Below are positions 29,345 through 44,249 of a DNA stretch of 64,000 bases, piece by piece (positions within the stretch are counted from its first letter, which is position 1; every line of letters begins with the position of its first letter). The notes beneath the pieces are model-generated. The model did not search any database. It worked only from the letters and a program-made list of their open reading frames with translations, and had not been told where the DNA came from. This DNA comes from an uncultured Alphaproteobacteria bacterium (lineage in GTDB: Bacteria; Pseudomonadota; Alphaproteobacteria; Rhizobiales; Xanthobacteraceae). Made by a program: the position numbers and the translations under genes. The stretch spans positions 218,902 to 282,901 of the forward strand of contig CAWFDQ010000008.1 of NCBI GenBank assembly GCA_963814625.1, in the 5' to 3' direction.

Positions 29345-29852
29345 AGGGTTTCATTCGTTATTCGCAACGCGTGCGTAGGCTGACCATTGCACTCATGCCA
29401 GTCCCGTGATCCACTCGGCAAGCGGCGTGGCAGCGCAGGCAAATGGATTGCTGGCATCCGGTAGTGGAAAACCACTTGCGGCGTTTGACCGGGAAACAAC
29501 CACCTGAGTTAGAACTTCATCGCAACACTTGTGTTTGTGCCCGGAATTTGCCATGTTCAGCATAGGACAGCATTGCTGTCCCAATTCGTGACCCGCAAAG
29601 CGCGCGGTAGCCACTGCCCTTCCCGCACCATTAGGGAAGAAAGAAGGCAGCGGGAAAAGCGCGGGGTCGGCCGCCGAGGTCGAGGGCGCGTCGGACGGCG
29701 GCCAAAAGCAGCCTTTGAGCCTGCGAGCGGCACGAAGGTTGCCTGCTAGATGAGTAGATCGCCCGTGCGCGGCACCCTCCCTTTCCTCTTCGGCACACGA
29801 TGAGGAACAGAGGGTGCGTGCGCGTGGATGAATGGGGAGTGCGAGGTCGACG

Positions 29853-34470
<4,618 letters not shown>

Positions 34471-34476
34471 AGCGCA

Positions 34477-35920
34477 GTGGGCAAAATCACCGGCTTTCTC
34501 GAATACGAACGCGAGGACCGCGACTACGAACCGGTCAACGAGCGCGTGCGCCATTGGCGAGAATTCGTGCTGCCGCGACCGGAGCAAGATTACGTCACCC
34601 AAGCGGCGCGCTGCATGAATTGCGGCGTGCCCTACTGCATGGGCACCGGCTCGCTTGAACCCGGCACGCCGGGCTGCCCGGTCAACAATCAAATCCCCGA
34701 CTGGAACGACCTCGTATACGGCGGCAACTGGGACGAAGCCGCGCGCAACCTGCATTCGACCAATAATTTTCCTGAAGTCACCGGCCGCATCTGCCCGGCG
34801 CCGTGCGAAGCGTCCTGCACGCTCAACATCGACGAGAATCCGGTCACCATCAAATCAATCGAATGCGCGATCGCCGACCGCACCATCGCGCAGGGACTCA
34901 AACCTGAACCGCCGGCGGAAAGAACCGGCAAAAAAGTGGCCATCGTTGGTTCTGGACCGGCGGGAACTCGCTTGCGCGCAACAGCTCGCGCGCGCCGGGC
35001 ACGAGGTCCACGTCTACGAGAAATACGCCCAGGCCGGCGGCCTGCTCACTTACGGCATTCCCGATTTCAAAATGGAGAAGCACCACGTCACCCGCCGCGT
35101 CGCGCAGATGCAGGCCGAAGGCGTCACATTCCATTACAACGCCCATGTCGGCGTCAATCTTCCGGCAAAAGAACTCGTCGATACGCACGACGCCGTGGTG
35201 CTGACCGGCGGCGCCGAGAAGGGACGCGACCTGCCGGTACCCGGCCGCGAGCTTAAAGGCATTCATTTCGCTATGGATTACCTGCCGCAGCAGAACCGGC
35301 GCGTGTCCGGCGAGAAGGCCGACGACGGCGAGCCGATTCTCGCTAACGGCAAGCACGTCGTCGTCATCGGCGGCGGCGATACCGGCTCCGACTGCATCGG
35401 CACCGCCTTCCGCCAGGGCGCACGCTCGGTCACCAATTTCGAAATCATGCTGCAGCCGCCGCTGCACGAGAACAAGATGCTCACCTGGCCGGATTGGCCG
35501 CTCAAACTGCGCAGCTCATCGAGCCACGAGGAAGGCGCCGAGCGCGAATTCGCCGTGAACACCACACGGTTCTCGGGCGTAAACGGCGCAGTAAAGAAGC
35601 TTCACTGCGTGCGTGTCGACGACAAGTTCAAGGCCATGCCGGGTACCGAGTTCGAGATCAATGCCGAACTCGTTCTGCTGGCGATGGGCTTCGTGCACGC
35701 GGTGCACGAGGGCATGATCAGGGACTTAAGTCTCGCGCTTGATCGTCGCGGCAACATTGCCGCTTCGACGGACGATTACCAAACATCGATCGACAAGGTG
35801 TTTGCCGCCGGCGACATGCGCCGCGGCCAGTCGCTCGTTGTCTGGGCGATTCGCGAAGGCCGCCAGGCAGCGCACGCGGTCGATAAATTTTTGATGGGCT
35901 CTACGCTTTTGCCGCGGTGA
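34477..35920 (+). pseudogene. gltD: Glutamate synthase small subunit; a single frame change near 34953
   Basis: The Fe-S motifs are CMNCGVPYC and CPAPCEASC. The sequence [10 protein letters not shown] / [18 protein letters not shown] is broken by one extra A. The remainder is the intact ORF 34655-35920. Confidence 0.92.
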
Positions 35921-35930
35921 TTCCAGCGCA

Positions 35931-37277
35931 TTAATGCGCTGCTTGCGTCGCCGCATCGGCATCGTGCGGCGGCCAAGCGAAATCGTCGGCGCGTCCCGCC
36001 GGCGCGGGAAGCGGATCGCCGCGCACGAGTACGCTCTTTGCGGTCGGATCTTCGGCGACAATCGGGCCCAACTGGTTGCCGCCACCCAAAAGGTTGCCGC
36101 CGTCGACGCCGGTCAAATGGTGGTCCCCGCCGCCGGAAGCGGTGAGCGGCAGCACCGGGCCGATCGCCGGCCGCGCCGCGCCGGGTAGTGGCGGCGCCGA
36201 GACTTGCGGCGACGGCAGCGCTACCGGCGCAACGGGGTTCGCCAAGACGCGGCTCAATTCCTGATCGACCAGATGCGCGAGTTTGAGCGCGCCGAACCTG
36301 GTGAAGTGAACTCCATCGCCCGTGCGCAGCCGGCGAGTCTGGCCTTCGAAATCCGGACCTTCCACGCTGTAGCGCCCATTCTCGTCGACAAAGCCGTCCC
36401 AGATGTCGACGTAGATGATACCCGCCTTGTCCGCCGCCGCGTGATAGAGATCGTCGAGGTAGCTCATGTCGGCCGTCGCGCGGGGGCCGCGGATCGCCGG
36501 CAGGCCGATCCAGAGCACCGGCACACCTTGGCTCTTGAGGGCCGCGATCATGGCGTCGATGCGTTTGGCATAGAGCTTCGCCCATTCGTCGGTGCGATAG
36601 TCATAGCTGGCGCCCGGGACAGGCTGCTGCCCTGTCGCCGCGTCGGCTGGCTGTTCGCCCTGCTTCTGCGCCGCTTGGGGCAAAGATTGTGCTCCGGACT
36701 TGGCGTCCTTTCCTTGTTGCGAGGGCTGCGCCGGTTCCTTGCCATCGTGCGCCGGCGCGCGCAGCGCTACGCGATCATTCAAGCCGAGCATGACCACGAT
36801 GGCACTCGGTTTTTCGGTCGCCAGCGTGCCCTTGATCGCTTGCGACCATTCCAACGTGTCATTGCGCGGCTCGTAATGGATCAGGCCGGAATTCAGGCGG
36901 ATATTGCGCACGATGCCGATCTGTGGCTGTTCGCCGTAAACCTCCTCGAGCCCGTAAGCGAGCCAATCGGCCATCGAGTCGCCGATGACCGCGACCGTGG
37001 TGGTGGGCTGTGTCTCGAGCTTGCGCGGCGGCGGCGCCCGGTATGATTCGGGCGGTCGATAGACTGGCGCGCCATAGGGCGAGGACGGCCGACTGAAGAA
37101 CGGAAAGGAAAAGGATCTCTGCGACGGCGGCGCCGGCCGGTACGGTTGGTCGTAGCCCCAGCGCTCGCCAAAAAACTGCGCGTGCGCGGTAGGCGGAAGC
37201 GCCGCCGCCCCGGCGAGGATCGCCAAAGCAGTCGCCAAAAGCCGCGCTCTAACCCACCTCGCCTTGCGCATCGCCAT
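35931..37277 (-). CDS. Secreted SGNH/GDSL-family hydrolase (DUF459-like) with a Pro-rich N-terminal region
   Basis: This is an intact 448-aa ORF. It has a signal peptide ([21 protein letters not shown]), block [12 protein letters not shown] and block III MLGLNDR. Confidence 0.8.
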   Translation of the reverse strand: MAMRKARWVRARLLATALAILAGAAALPPTAHAQFFGERWGYDQPYRPAPPSQRSFSFPFFSRPSSPYGAPVYRPPESYRAPPPRKLETQPTTTVAVIGDSMADWLAYGLEEVYGEQPQIGIVRNIRLNSGLIHYEPRNDTLEWSQAIKGTLATEKPSAIVVMLGLNDRVALRAPAHDGKEPAQPSQQGKDAKSGAQSLPQAAQKQGEQPADAATGQQPVPGASYDYRTDEWAKLYAKRIDAMIAALKSQGVPVLWIGLPAIRGPRATADMSYLDDLYHAAADKAGIIYVDIWDGFVDENGRYSVEGPDFEGQTRRLRTGDGVHFTRFGALKLAHLVDQELSRVLANPVAPVALPSPQVSAPPLPGAARPAIGPVLPLTASGGGDHHLTGVDGGNLLGGGNQLGPIVAEDPTAKSVLVRGDPLPAPAGRADDFAWPPHDADAATQAAH

Positions 37278-37707
37278 GAACCGAAGACCCGAGAAAACAA
37301 TTTAACCCGGATTGAGCCACTTGTCGCGCCGACCCTGCCTACCCTCGCCGTGCGACTTTCGGGGGGTCTCAGTCCACCGCAGCCCGGAGCACGTCGGAGG
37401 AAGTGCAGAGCGCTATAGCGGCCGGCGAAACACCGTGCCAAACTTTCGGCGCCTCCCGCCAAGCCAAACCAGACGCCCATAGCGGCCAAAAATGTCAATC
37501 CGAAGATGGCCAAATGCTTAGCGGCGCGAACTCCTTTTCCCAGCGCCGGAGCCCTGTCCGTGCACCCGCCAACGGCAGAAGTGAGTGCCAGTACTCGAAG
37601 GCGAAAGAGACATGCCGCCCGAAGAGTTTCTGTGCCTGGTCTCGCGTAGGGGCTCCCCACGGATCCCCAATGTGTCGCGTCTTGCATCGTCGCCACTTTC
37701 GGACTAA

Positions 37708-37971
37708 GTGCGCGCCATGAGCGAAGTTCGGCCGCAGCGCCCCCGGCGCATCCAATGGCAGAACGTGCTGACCGTCGTCAGCGCGGCGATCCTGATCAGC
37801 GCCGAAGTATTCGGCGCCGCCTTTGCCGGCAGCTGGGCGATCGCGAGTCTGATGGGCTTCGGCGCGCTCGGCGCTCACATCCTCGACGGCGTCTTCATGC
37901 TCTGCGGGTTTGCGGTCATGGTGCAGTTCCTGCGCGCTGCGCATCGCGTCGAACCGTTCGTCGCCGACTAA
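37708..37971 (+). CDS. Small hydrophobic protein (2 predicted TM helices), function unknown
   Basis: This is an 87-aa ORF with two hydrophobic stretches (VLTVVSAAILISAEVFGAAFAGSWAIASLMGFGALGA and VFMLCGFAVMVQF). The evidence is coding-like composition only. Confidence 0.45.
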   Translation: MRAMSEVRPQRPRRIQWQNVLTVVSAAILISAEVFGAAFAGSWAIASLMGFGALGAHILDGVFMLCGFAVMVQFLRAAHRVEPFVAD

Positions 37972-37989
37972 ACGACGCTCGCCGCGACG

Positions 37990-38457
37990 CGCGCGGTGGA
38001 ATGAATCTCTCGTTACCTTTTGTTAAGACCAAAACGCTTGCAACTCGTCGGCGAATGGATTATTTCGTGACTGCCCAATTTCGCACGTGCCTGTGGCCGT
38101 GTGTCGGTCGGTGGGCATCCGGACAAGAGGCCGGACAGCCGCCTAAGGAAGAGACGCTACTTCCTTGCTCCCGCGACCGGCAGCCGGAGGCGAAACCGGC
38201 ATAGCCCGCTCTCAACGGGCGACGCGGCTTAAAGCAACGACGGAAGGGCTTTTTTGGTTACTGCCGGCGCCAATGCCGGGGACACCGAAAGGGCTTCGTC
38301 CTTCTTTGCCAGCAGTGCGGAACGGGATCTCCCTCATCCGGACCAAGGCAGCAATCACGGCGACGCAAGTCGGCTCCGCAATGGTGCGGAACCGCGCGCG
38401 TCGCAGGAGGTTCACCTCGGCGGCTACGCCGCCGGCCGGATTAGGGAGCTAGGTCAG
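37990..38457 (+). promoter_or_regulatory. Long structured 5' leader of the ornithine decarboxylase gene; probable alphaproteobacterial speF-type leader RNA
   Basis: This is a ~470-nt gene-free stretch directly upstream of a type-III PLP ornithine/lysine decarboxylase. It holds many GC-rich complementary segments. The call rests on position plus published knowledge of the speF element. No covariance model was run. Confidence 0.45.
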
Positions 38458-39590
38458 ATGACCGCACGCATCCGCGAATTTCTCAAGCATCGCACCCAAG
38501 ACGGACCTTGCCTCGTGGTCGACCTCGACGTCGTTCGCGAGAACTATCTCGGCTTTGCCAAGGCGCTGCCGGACACCAAGGTATTCTACGCCGTGAAGGC
38601 CAATCCGGCGCCGGAAATCCTCAAGCTGCTATGCCGGTCTCGGCTGCTGCTTCGACGTCGCCTCGGTGAGCGAGACCGAAGCACGTGCTCGCCGCCGGCG
38701 CCCCGCCCGACCGCATCTCCTACGGCAACACCATCAAGAAGGAGAGCGAGATCGCCGCCGCGTTCGCGCTCGGCGTCACGCTGTTCGCGGTCGACTGCGA
38801 GGCCGAGGTGGAGAAGGTGGCGCGCGCCGCTCCCGGCAGCCGGGTGATCTGCCGCATCCACTGCGACGGCTCCGGCTCCGAGTGGCCGCTGTCGCGCAAA
38901 TTCGGCTGCGAGCCGGCTTATGCGGCCGACATCCTCGAACTCGCCCACAAGCGCGGCCTCGTGCCGTACGGCGTGTCGTTCCATGTCGGCTCGCAGCAGC
39001 ACAACATCGAAGCCTGGGACCGCGCGCTCGCCTCGACCGCGGCGGTATTCCGCGGCTGCGCCGAGCGCGGCATCACGCTGTCGATGGTCAATCTCGGCGG
39101 CGGTTTCCCGGCGCGCTATGTGCGCAAGACGCCGAAGCTCGAATCCTACGGCAAGGCGATCTTCCGCTCGCTCCGCAAGCATTTCGGCAACGCGCTGCCG
39201 GAGACGATCGTGGAGCCGGGCCGCGGCCTCGTCGGCAATGCCGGAATGATCGAGGCCGAGGTGGTGCTGATCGCCAAGCGCAGCCCCGAGGACGAGGTCC
39301 GCTGGGTCTATCTCGACATCGGCAAATTCCACGGCCTTGCCGAGACCATCGACAAATCGATCCGCTATCCGATCCGCACCACGCACGATCGCGACGAGAC
39401 GGCGCCTTGCATCATCGCCGGCCCGACCTGCGACTCGGTCGACGTGCTCTACGAGAAGACGCCCTACCCGCTGCCGGTCTCGCTCGCCATCGGCGACAAG
39501 GTGCTGATCGAAGCGGCCGGCGCCTACACGGCGACCTACTCGTCGGTCGGCTTCAACGGCTATCCGCCGCTGCGGCAGTATGTGATCTGA
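38458..39590 (+). pseudogene. Ornithine/lysine decarboxylase (type-III PLP, eukaryotic-ODC-like fold); 2 frame changes
   Basis: The N-terminus is MTARIREFLKHRTQDGPCLVVDLDVVRENYLGFAKALPDTKVFYAVKANP (PLP Lys). The pieces join as …ILKLL / AGLGCCFDVASVSE.E / HVLAAGAPPDRISYGNTIKK… near 38630 and 38680. The rest is ORF 38685-39590 (GGGFPARY, EPGRGLVG, GPTCDSVD). Confidence 0.88.
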
Positions 39591-39868
39591 GGCTGTCGGA
39601 ATTCTCGCTGGCCCGTTCTTCAAGCTTCCGGGCCAGCGCCCGCAGGTCGAAGAAGACATTGGTACAGCCCGCGTCGAAGAGAGCGGAGCGCGAGAAGTGA
39701 CCGCTCTGCACGCCGATCGGTAGCAATCCGGCGGCACCGGCGGCGTCCGCATCGCAGGGCGTGTCGGTCGGGCTATTGACGCGCGAATGCGCCCAAGTTC
39801 CATCGCGGCAGCGCCAGGAAACTTTTCCGCCCATCTGCCGTTGTCATCCGGCATCGCGGGAATCATCC

Positions 39869-40930
39869 ATGTCCGATCAAACCGTCGCTCCGCCCGTGCT
39901 TCCCGCGCACGGCAGTTCTCGGCTGCCCGGCGTTCATGTCGAGAGCTACAACGTCGCGCTTAAAGACGATGAAGGTTTTGTTGGCGATCGCGCCAGCAAG
40001 GGCGCCTTTCGCGAGTTCATTGAACAATGGCGAAAGCCGCTGCGCGAGATCGGGCAGGATCCGTTCGGCGAGCAAGCAAGCGACAAAGTGACCAAGAAGC
40101 GTCTCGACGAGGTCCTTGTCGGCGGCGACCGCGAGGCCGCCGGCATCGTCCAAGGCGCGATCGAAAGCTTCGCCCAGGAATTGGCGATGGTCACGCAACA
40201 GTTTCTCAAGCTCAAGGAGTGGAAGGATGCCGAACGTCTGGTGATGGGCGGCGGCTTTTCCGGCAGCCGCGTCGGCAACCTTGCAATCGGTCGCGCATCC
40301 GTCCTCCTTAAAGCTGAGAAAATAAAAATCGAGGTCACCACGATCCGCAACGACCCGGACGAGGCCGGACTGATCGGTGCCGTGCACCTCGCCCCGGCTT
40401 GGATGTTCCACGCGCACGACGCTATCCTCGCGGTCGATATCGGCGGCACCAACATTCGGACCGGCGTGGTCGAGCTCAGTCTCAAACGCGCGCCCGATCT
40501 GGCCAAGGCCAAGGTGTGGAAGTTCGAGCTGTGGCGCCACGGCGACGAGAAGCTCAACCGCAGCGACGCGGTCGAAGGGCTGATCGAGATGCTGCGGCGC
40601 TTGATCAAGCGCGCCGACAAGGAGGGCTTGCGGCTTGCGCCCTTCATCGGCATCGGCTGTCCTGGAACGATCGAGGCGGACGGCACGATCGAGCGCGGTG
40701 CGCAAAACCTGCCGGGCAATTGGGAAAGCAGCCGCTTCAATCTGCCCGCCGTCGTCGGTAAGGCGATTCCGAAAATCGGCGAGTTCGACACTTTGATCCT
40801 GATGCACAACGATGCCGTGGTGCAGGGATTGAGCGAACTACCACATATGCAGGATGTCGAGCGCTGGGGCGTCTTTACTATCGGCACCGGACTCGGCAAC
40901 GCGCTGTTCACCAACCGGCGCGCGGAATAG
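39869..40930 (+). CDS. ROK-family protein (sugar kinase-like) with a long N-terminal domain
   Basis: The internal Met of ORF 39761-40930 is the likely start. The ATP motif is ILAVDIGGTNIRTG. Other motifs are GIGCPGTI and the C-terminal FTIGTGLGNA. Confidence 0.75.
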   Translation: MSDQTVAPPVLPAHGSSRLPGVHVESYNVALKDDEGFVGDRASKGAFREFIEQWRKPLREIGQDPFGEQASDKVTKKRLDEVLVGGDREAAGIVQGAIESFAQELAMVTQQFLKLKEWKDAERLVMGGGFSGSRVGNLAIGRASVLLKAEKIKIEVTTIRNDPDEAGLIGAVHLAPAWMFHAHDAILAVDIGGTNIRTGVVELSLKRAPDLAKAKVWKFELWRHGDEKLNRSDAVEGLIEMLRRLIKRADKEGLRLAPFIGIGCPGTIEADGTIERGAQNLPGNWESSRFNLPAVVGKAIPKIGEFDTLILMHNDAVVQGLSELPHMQDVERWGVFTIGTGLGNALFTNRRAE

Positions 40931-40939
40931 CCGCATACT

Positions 40940-41941
40940 TCAGGCGAGATCGATCAGTCCGGCCTCGCCGCTTTCCGTACCGAAGGCCATCAGCGTGCCG
41001 TCCGCGCTCCAGGCGAGCGCAGTGACCGGGGCAGCGCCCGGCTTTTTGGCCAAAATCTCGGCGCCGTCCTCGATGCGGACGATGAGGACCATGCCGTCGC
41101 CGTAACCGGCGGCGACGATATCCTGCTTAGGATGGCAGGCGACCGCCTCGACGCGCTGTTCGGCGGGCGCGAGCAGACGCGGCTGCTTGCCCATCGGGCC
41201 GTCCTTGGTCTGGAACGGCCAGAGAATGATCTGGTTGGAGCCGGAAGTCGCCAGCCAGCGGCCGCCGACGGTCCAGCCGAGCGAGGTGACACGCGCAGCG
41301 TAGCCGGACATGCGCATGTGCTGGTGATCGGCGAGCCGCCAGCCGTGCAGCATAGGCTCCTGCATCGTGGTGATAAGAAAGCGTCCGTCGGGGCTGACGA
41401 TGACGCCGAGATGCGAGCCTTTCCATTCGAACTTTTCCGGCACAGCTTGCGGCGCATTGGGAAACCACAGCGTGGCGCCGTTGTAATGCGCCACCGCAAG
41501 CCGGAAGCCTTTGGGCAAAAAAGCAAGTCCGCCGACCGTCGATGGCGCTTCGAACTGGCGCAGCTCTTTGCCTTGCGCGAATGCCGTCTTGCCGGCCGAC
41601 CAGGCAAGCGCACCGTCCGGTCCGAGCGCCACGTGATCGATCCAGCGATGTTTCGGATCTGTCGCAAGGACGCGGCTGGAGCCCGCGTCCGTCGTGACTA
41701 CCTTGCCGTCGTCGCCGCCGCTGACGATACGTGCGCCGTCGCTGGCCGCGGCGAGGATGGCGCCGCCATGTACGTCCATGCGGCGAAGCTCGCCGTCCGG
41801 CTCGGCAAACAGCAGCGCTTCCTCGCCGAGCACGAACACCGCGGTGCGGCCGAGAAAATGTGCGCCGACGATCGCGCCGCCAGCGGCGACGGAGCGTGTG
41901 CGTTCGACGACGGAAACCGCGTCGCTGCGCGTATCGCTCAT
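40940..41941 (-). CDS. WD40/beta-propeller repeat protein
   Basis: This is an intact 333-aa ORF with repeated strand patterns (…VSGGDDGKVV…, …LAWSAGKT…, …LATSGSNQIILW…, …AAGYGDGMVLIV…, …LAWSADGTLMAFG…). The start lies 1 nt after the CobW stop, so the two genes are an operon. Confidence 0.8.
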   Translation of the reverse strand: MSDTRSDAVSVVERTRSVAAGGAIVGAHFLGRTAVFVLGEEALLFAEPDGELRRMDVHGGAILAAASDGARIVSGGDDGKVVTTDAGSSRVLATDPKHRWIDHVALGPDGALAWSAGKTAFAQGKELRQFEAPSTVGGLAFLPKGFRLAVAHYNGATLWFPNAPQAVPEKFEWKGSHLGVIVSPDGRFLITTMQEPMLHGWRLADHQHMRMSGYAARVTSLGWTVGGRWLATSGSNQIILWPFQTKDGPMGKQPRLLAPAEQRVEAVACHPKQDIVAAGYGDGMVLIVRIEDGAEILAKKPGAAPVTALAWSADGTLMAFGTESGEAGLIDLA

Positions 41942-41942
41942 G

Positions 41943-42989
41943 TCACGCGATGCAGCTTTCGAATCCTTCGGCGATCTTCTTTCCCGGCAGATTGCGGCCG
42001 ATGAAGACGATGCGGCTTTCGCGTTTCTCGTCCTTGTTCCAGGGCCGCTGATGGTCGCCGTCGAGGATCATGTGCACGCCCTGGAAGACAAAGCGTTGAT
42101 CGTCGCTCTTGAAGGAGAGGATACCCTTGGAGCGCAAAATGTTCGGGCCTTCCTTCTGCACCAGATCCTGCACCCAGGGGAAGAATTTGTCGGGGTCGAG
42201 CGGCTTATCGCTTTTCAGCGAAATCGATTGCATGTCCTCGTCGTGGTAGTGCTTGAGCCCGCCGTGGTGATGCGCGTGCTTGTCGCTGTGATCGTGGTGG
42301 TGCTCGTGGCTATGACCGTGCTCGTGGCCATGATCGTGTTCGTCGCCTTCGAGGAAGGCCGGTTCGAGATCGAGGATCCGGTCGAGATCGAACGCGTTGC
42401 GCTCCAAAATCTCATTGAGCGGAATTTTCGCCCGCTCGGTCTTGTGCAGCCTGGCGTAAGGGTTGATAGCGCGGATGCGCGCTTCGACCTCGCTCAGTTC
42501 ATCGGGCGAAACGAGATCGGTCTTGTTGATCAGGATCACGTCGGCAAACGCGATCTGGTTCTTGGCCTCCGGGGCGTCCTTGAGCCTTTCGTTGAGCCAC
42601 TTGGCGTCGGCGACCGTGATCACGGCGTCGAGCTTGGTTCGCCGTCCGACGTTCTCGTCGATGAAGAAGGTTTGCGCCACCGGCGCCGGATCGGCGAGCC
42701 CGGTGGTTTCGACGATGATGGCGTCGAACTTGCCCTTCCTCCGCATCAGACCATCGAGGATGCGCACGAGGTCGCCGCGCACGGTGCAGCAGATGCAGCC
42801 GTTGTTCATCTCGAACACTTCCTCATCGGCGCCGACTATGAGGTCGTTGTCGATGCCGATCTCGCCGAATTCGTTGACGATGACGGCGTATTTCTTGCCG
42901 TGCGGCTCCGAGAGGATGCGGTTGAGCAACGTGGTCTTGCCGGCGCCCAGATAACCGGTCAGCACGGTGACCGGGATTTTGTCAGTCAT
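41943..42989 (-). CDS. COG0523 (CobW/YeiR/ZigA-type) metallochaperone GTPase with a His-rich insert
   Basis: The P-loop is GYLGAGKTT and the CxCC motif is GCICCT. The His-rich stretch is [40 protein letters not shown] prefer the ATG at 42989 (GGAGGG SD) over the GTG at 43010. Confidence 0.88.
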   Translation of the reverse strand: MTDKIPVTVLTGYLGAGKTTLLNRILSEPHGKKYAVIVNEFGEIGIDNDLIVGADEEVFEMNNGCICCTVRGDLVRILDGLMRRKGKFDAIIVETTGLADPAPVAQTFFIDENVGRRTKLDAVITVADAKWLNERLKDAPEAKNQIAFADVILINKTDLVSPDELSEVEARIRAINPYARLHKTERAKIPLNEILERNAFDLDRILDLEPAFLEGDEHDHGHEHGHSHEHHHDHSDKHAHHHGGLKHYHDEDMQSISLKSDKPLDPDKFFPWVQDLVQKEGPNILRSKGILSFKSDDQRFVFQGVHMILDGDHQRPWNKDEKRESRIVFIGRNLPGKKIAEGFESCIA

Positions 42990-43153
42990 TTCGTCCCTCC
43001 GTTGACCCACCCTATATAGGCATCCGAGCCGCCTTGCATCACCGCGCCAGGCCCGCGCCGCTGCGGCGTTAGATCACCGGCCTTCGGCTTGATCCGGGCC
43101 GGGCTTCTTGTATCGTTTTCGCAGCCAACAAGACCAAAAGCTGGGAGGGAACG

Positions 43154-44122
43154 ATGCACAAGCACGCGAGCTTTGCCGCGATCATAGCCTTGACGATCGG
43201 CGCCGCTGCGGCCGCTTGCGGCCCGACCGGCGCGGCGGCGCAGTCTTACCCGGACCGCGTCGTCCAGATCATCGTTCCGGCTACTGCCGGCTCCAGCGCG
43301 GACATTTTAGGCCGCGTTCTCGCCGACGGTTTCTCGACGCAACTCGGCAAACCCTTCATTGTCGTCGACAAGGCCGGCGCCGCCGGTGTGCTCGGCACCG
43401 CAGATGTCGCCCGCGCCAAGCCGGACGGCTACACGCTGATGCACGGCGCGACCTATTCGATCACCGTGCAGCCGTTGATCGACAAGGAAGCGGGCTACAC
43501 CGCAAAATCCTTTACCCCGATCTGCCAGACCTTCAAGAACGATCAGGTCGTCGTGGTGCCGCCGAATTCGCCGCTAAAGACCGCGCGCGATCTGGTCGAA
43601 GCGGCAAAGCGCAAGCCGGGCGCCGTCACAGTCGGCATTCCCGGCATCGGCACTATCCCGCACCTCGCCATGATTGCGTTTGCCGACCAGGCCAAGGTTT
43701 CGTTCAACGATATTCCGTTCAAGGGGCCGGCCGAGGAACTCCAGAACGTTCGCTCGGGGCAGATCGAATTCGCTGCCGTGCCGCTGACCGCGGCGGCCGG
43801 CAGCGGCCTGCCGATGCCCGGCATTTTTGCCGAACAGCGCAATCCATCGCTGCCCAACGTGCCGACCTTCAAGGAACAAGGCTATGACGTCGCGCCGCTG
43901 AGCTACGGCGGGCTGTTGGGGCCGGCCGGGATGCCGGATGCGGTGACCCACAAGCTCGAGGCCGCCTGCGTCGCCATCATGAAAAGCGATGCCGCCCAGC
44001 GGGTGGTCAAGCATACCTTCCAGCCGGCGGATTACTTCGCCGATGCCGCGGGCTTTACGCACAATCTCGCCATCGACGCCGCGGAGAAAAGCCGCCTCGT
44101 GCCGATGCTGCACCCGAATTGA
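43154..44122 (+). CDS. Tripartite tricarboxylate transporter substrate-binding protein (Bug/TctC family), orphan
   Basis: This is an intact 322-aa ORF. It has a signal peptide and the Bug motifs YPDRVVQIIVPATAGSSADILGR and IPFKGPAE. No tctA or tctB is nearby. Confidence 0.88.
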   Translation: MHKHASFAAIIALTIGAAAAACGPTGAAAQSYPDRVVQIIVPATAGSSADILGRVLADGFSTQLGKPFIVVDKAGAAGVLGTADVARAKPDGYTLMHGATYSITVQPLIDKEAGYTAKSFTPICQTFKNDQVVVVPPNSPLKTARDLVEAAKRKPGAVTVGIPGIGTIPHLAMIAFADQAKVSFNDIPFKGPAEELQNVRSGQIEFAAVPLTAAAGSGLPMPGIFAEQRNPSLPNVPTFKEQGYDVAPLSYGGLLGPAGMPDAVTHKLEAACVAIMKSDAAQRVVKHTFQPADYFADAAGFTHNLAIDAAEKSRLVPMLHPN

Positions 44123-44184
44123 CAAGCCTGCACGTCCCGAATGCGGTGCGGCGGCCCAGAGCCGCAGGGCGCGATATTGCCATT

Positions 44185-44202
44185 GTAATGTTATAATATT
44201 AC
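44185..44202. promoter_or_regulatory. Zur-box-like AT-rich palindrome upstream of znuA
   Basis: GTAATGTTATAATATTAC matches its own reverse complement at 16 of 18 positions. It lies 48 nt upstream of the znuA GTG. As I recall it, it resembles the proteobacterial Zur operator core (…ATGTTATAATAT…). Confidence 0.65.
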
Positions 44203-44249
44203 ATATGATGGCCCGCTCGCGTCCGGCGGCGCGATGAGGAGGTCCTGCC

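Noticed and set aside
39553-39866. Minus-strand ORF fragments between the decarboxylase and ROK genes (MIPAMPDDNGRWAEKFPGAAAMELGRI… and …GLLPIGVQSGHFSRSALFDAGCTNVFFDLRALARKLEE). Joined by a frameshift, they would give a protein of about 100 aa.
   Set aside because: I cannot assign them to any family. The ORF would overlap the decarboxylase 3' end by about 40 nt, and it needs a frameshift to be read. It may be a gene remnant, but the evidence is too weak to call a feature.
42215-42330. An apparent short tandem DNA repeat (CAC/GAC/CAT-rich), considered as a possible microsatellite or CRISPR-like periodicity. Similar runs occur at 45899-45973 and 53950-54010.
   Set aside because: These runs are the codons of His/Asp-rich protein segments. 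The units are imperfect and in frame. There is no repeat-spacer architecture.
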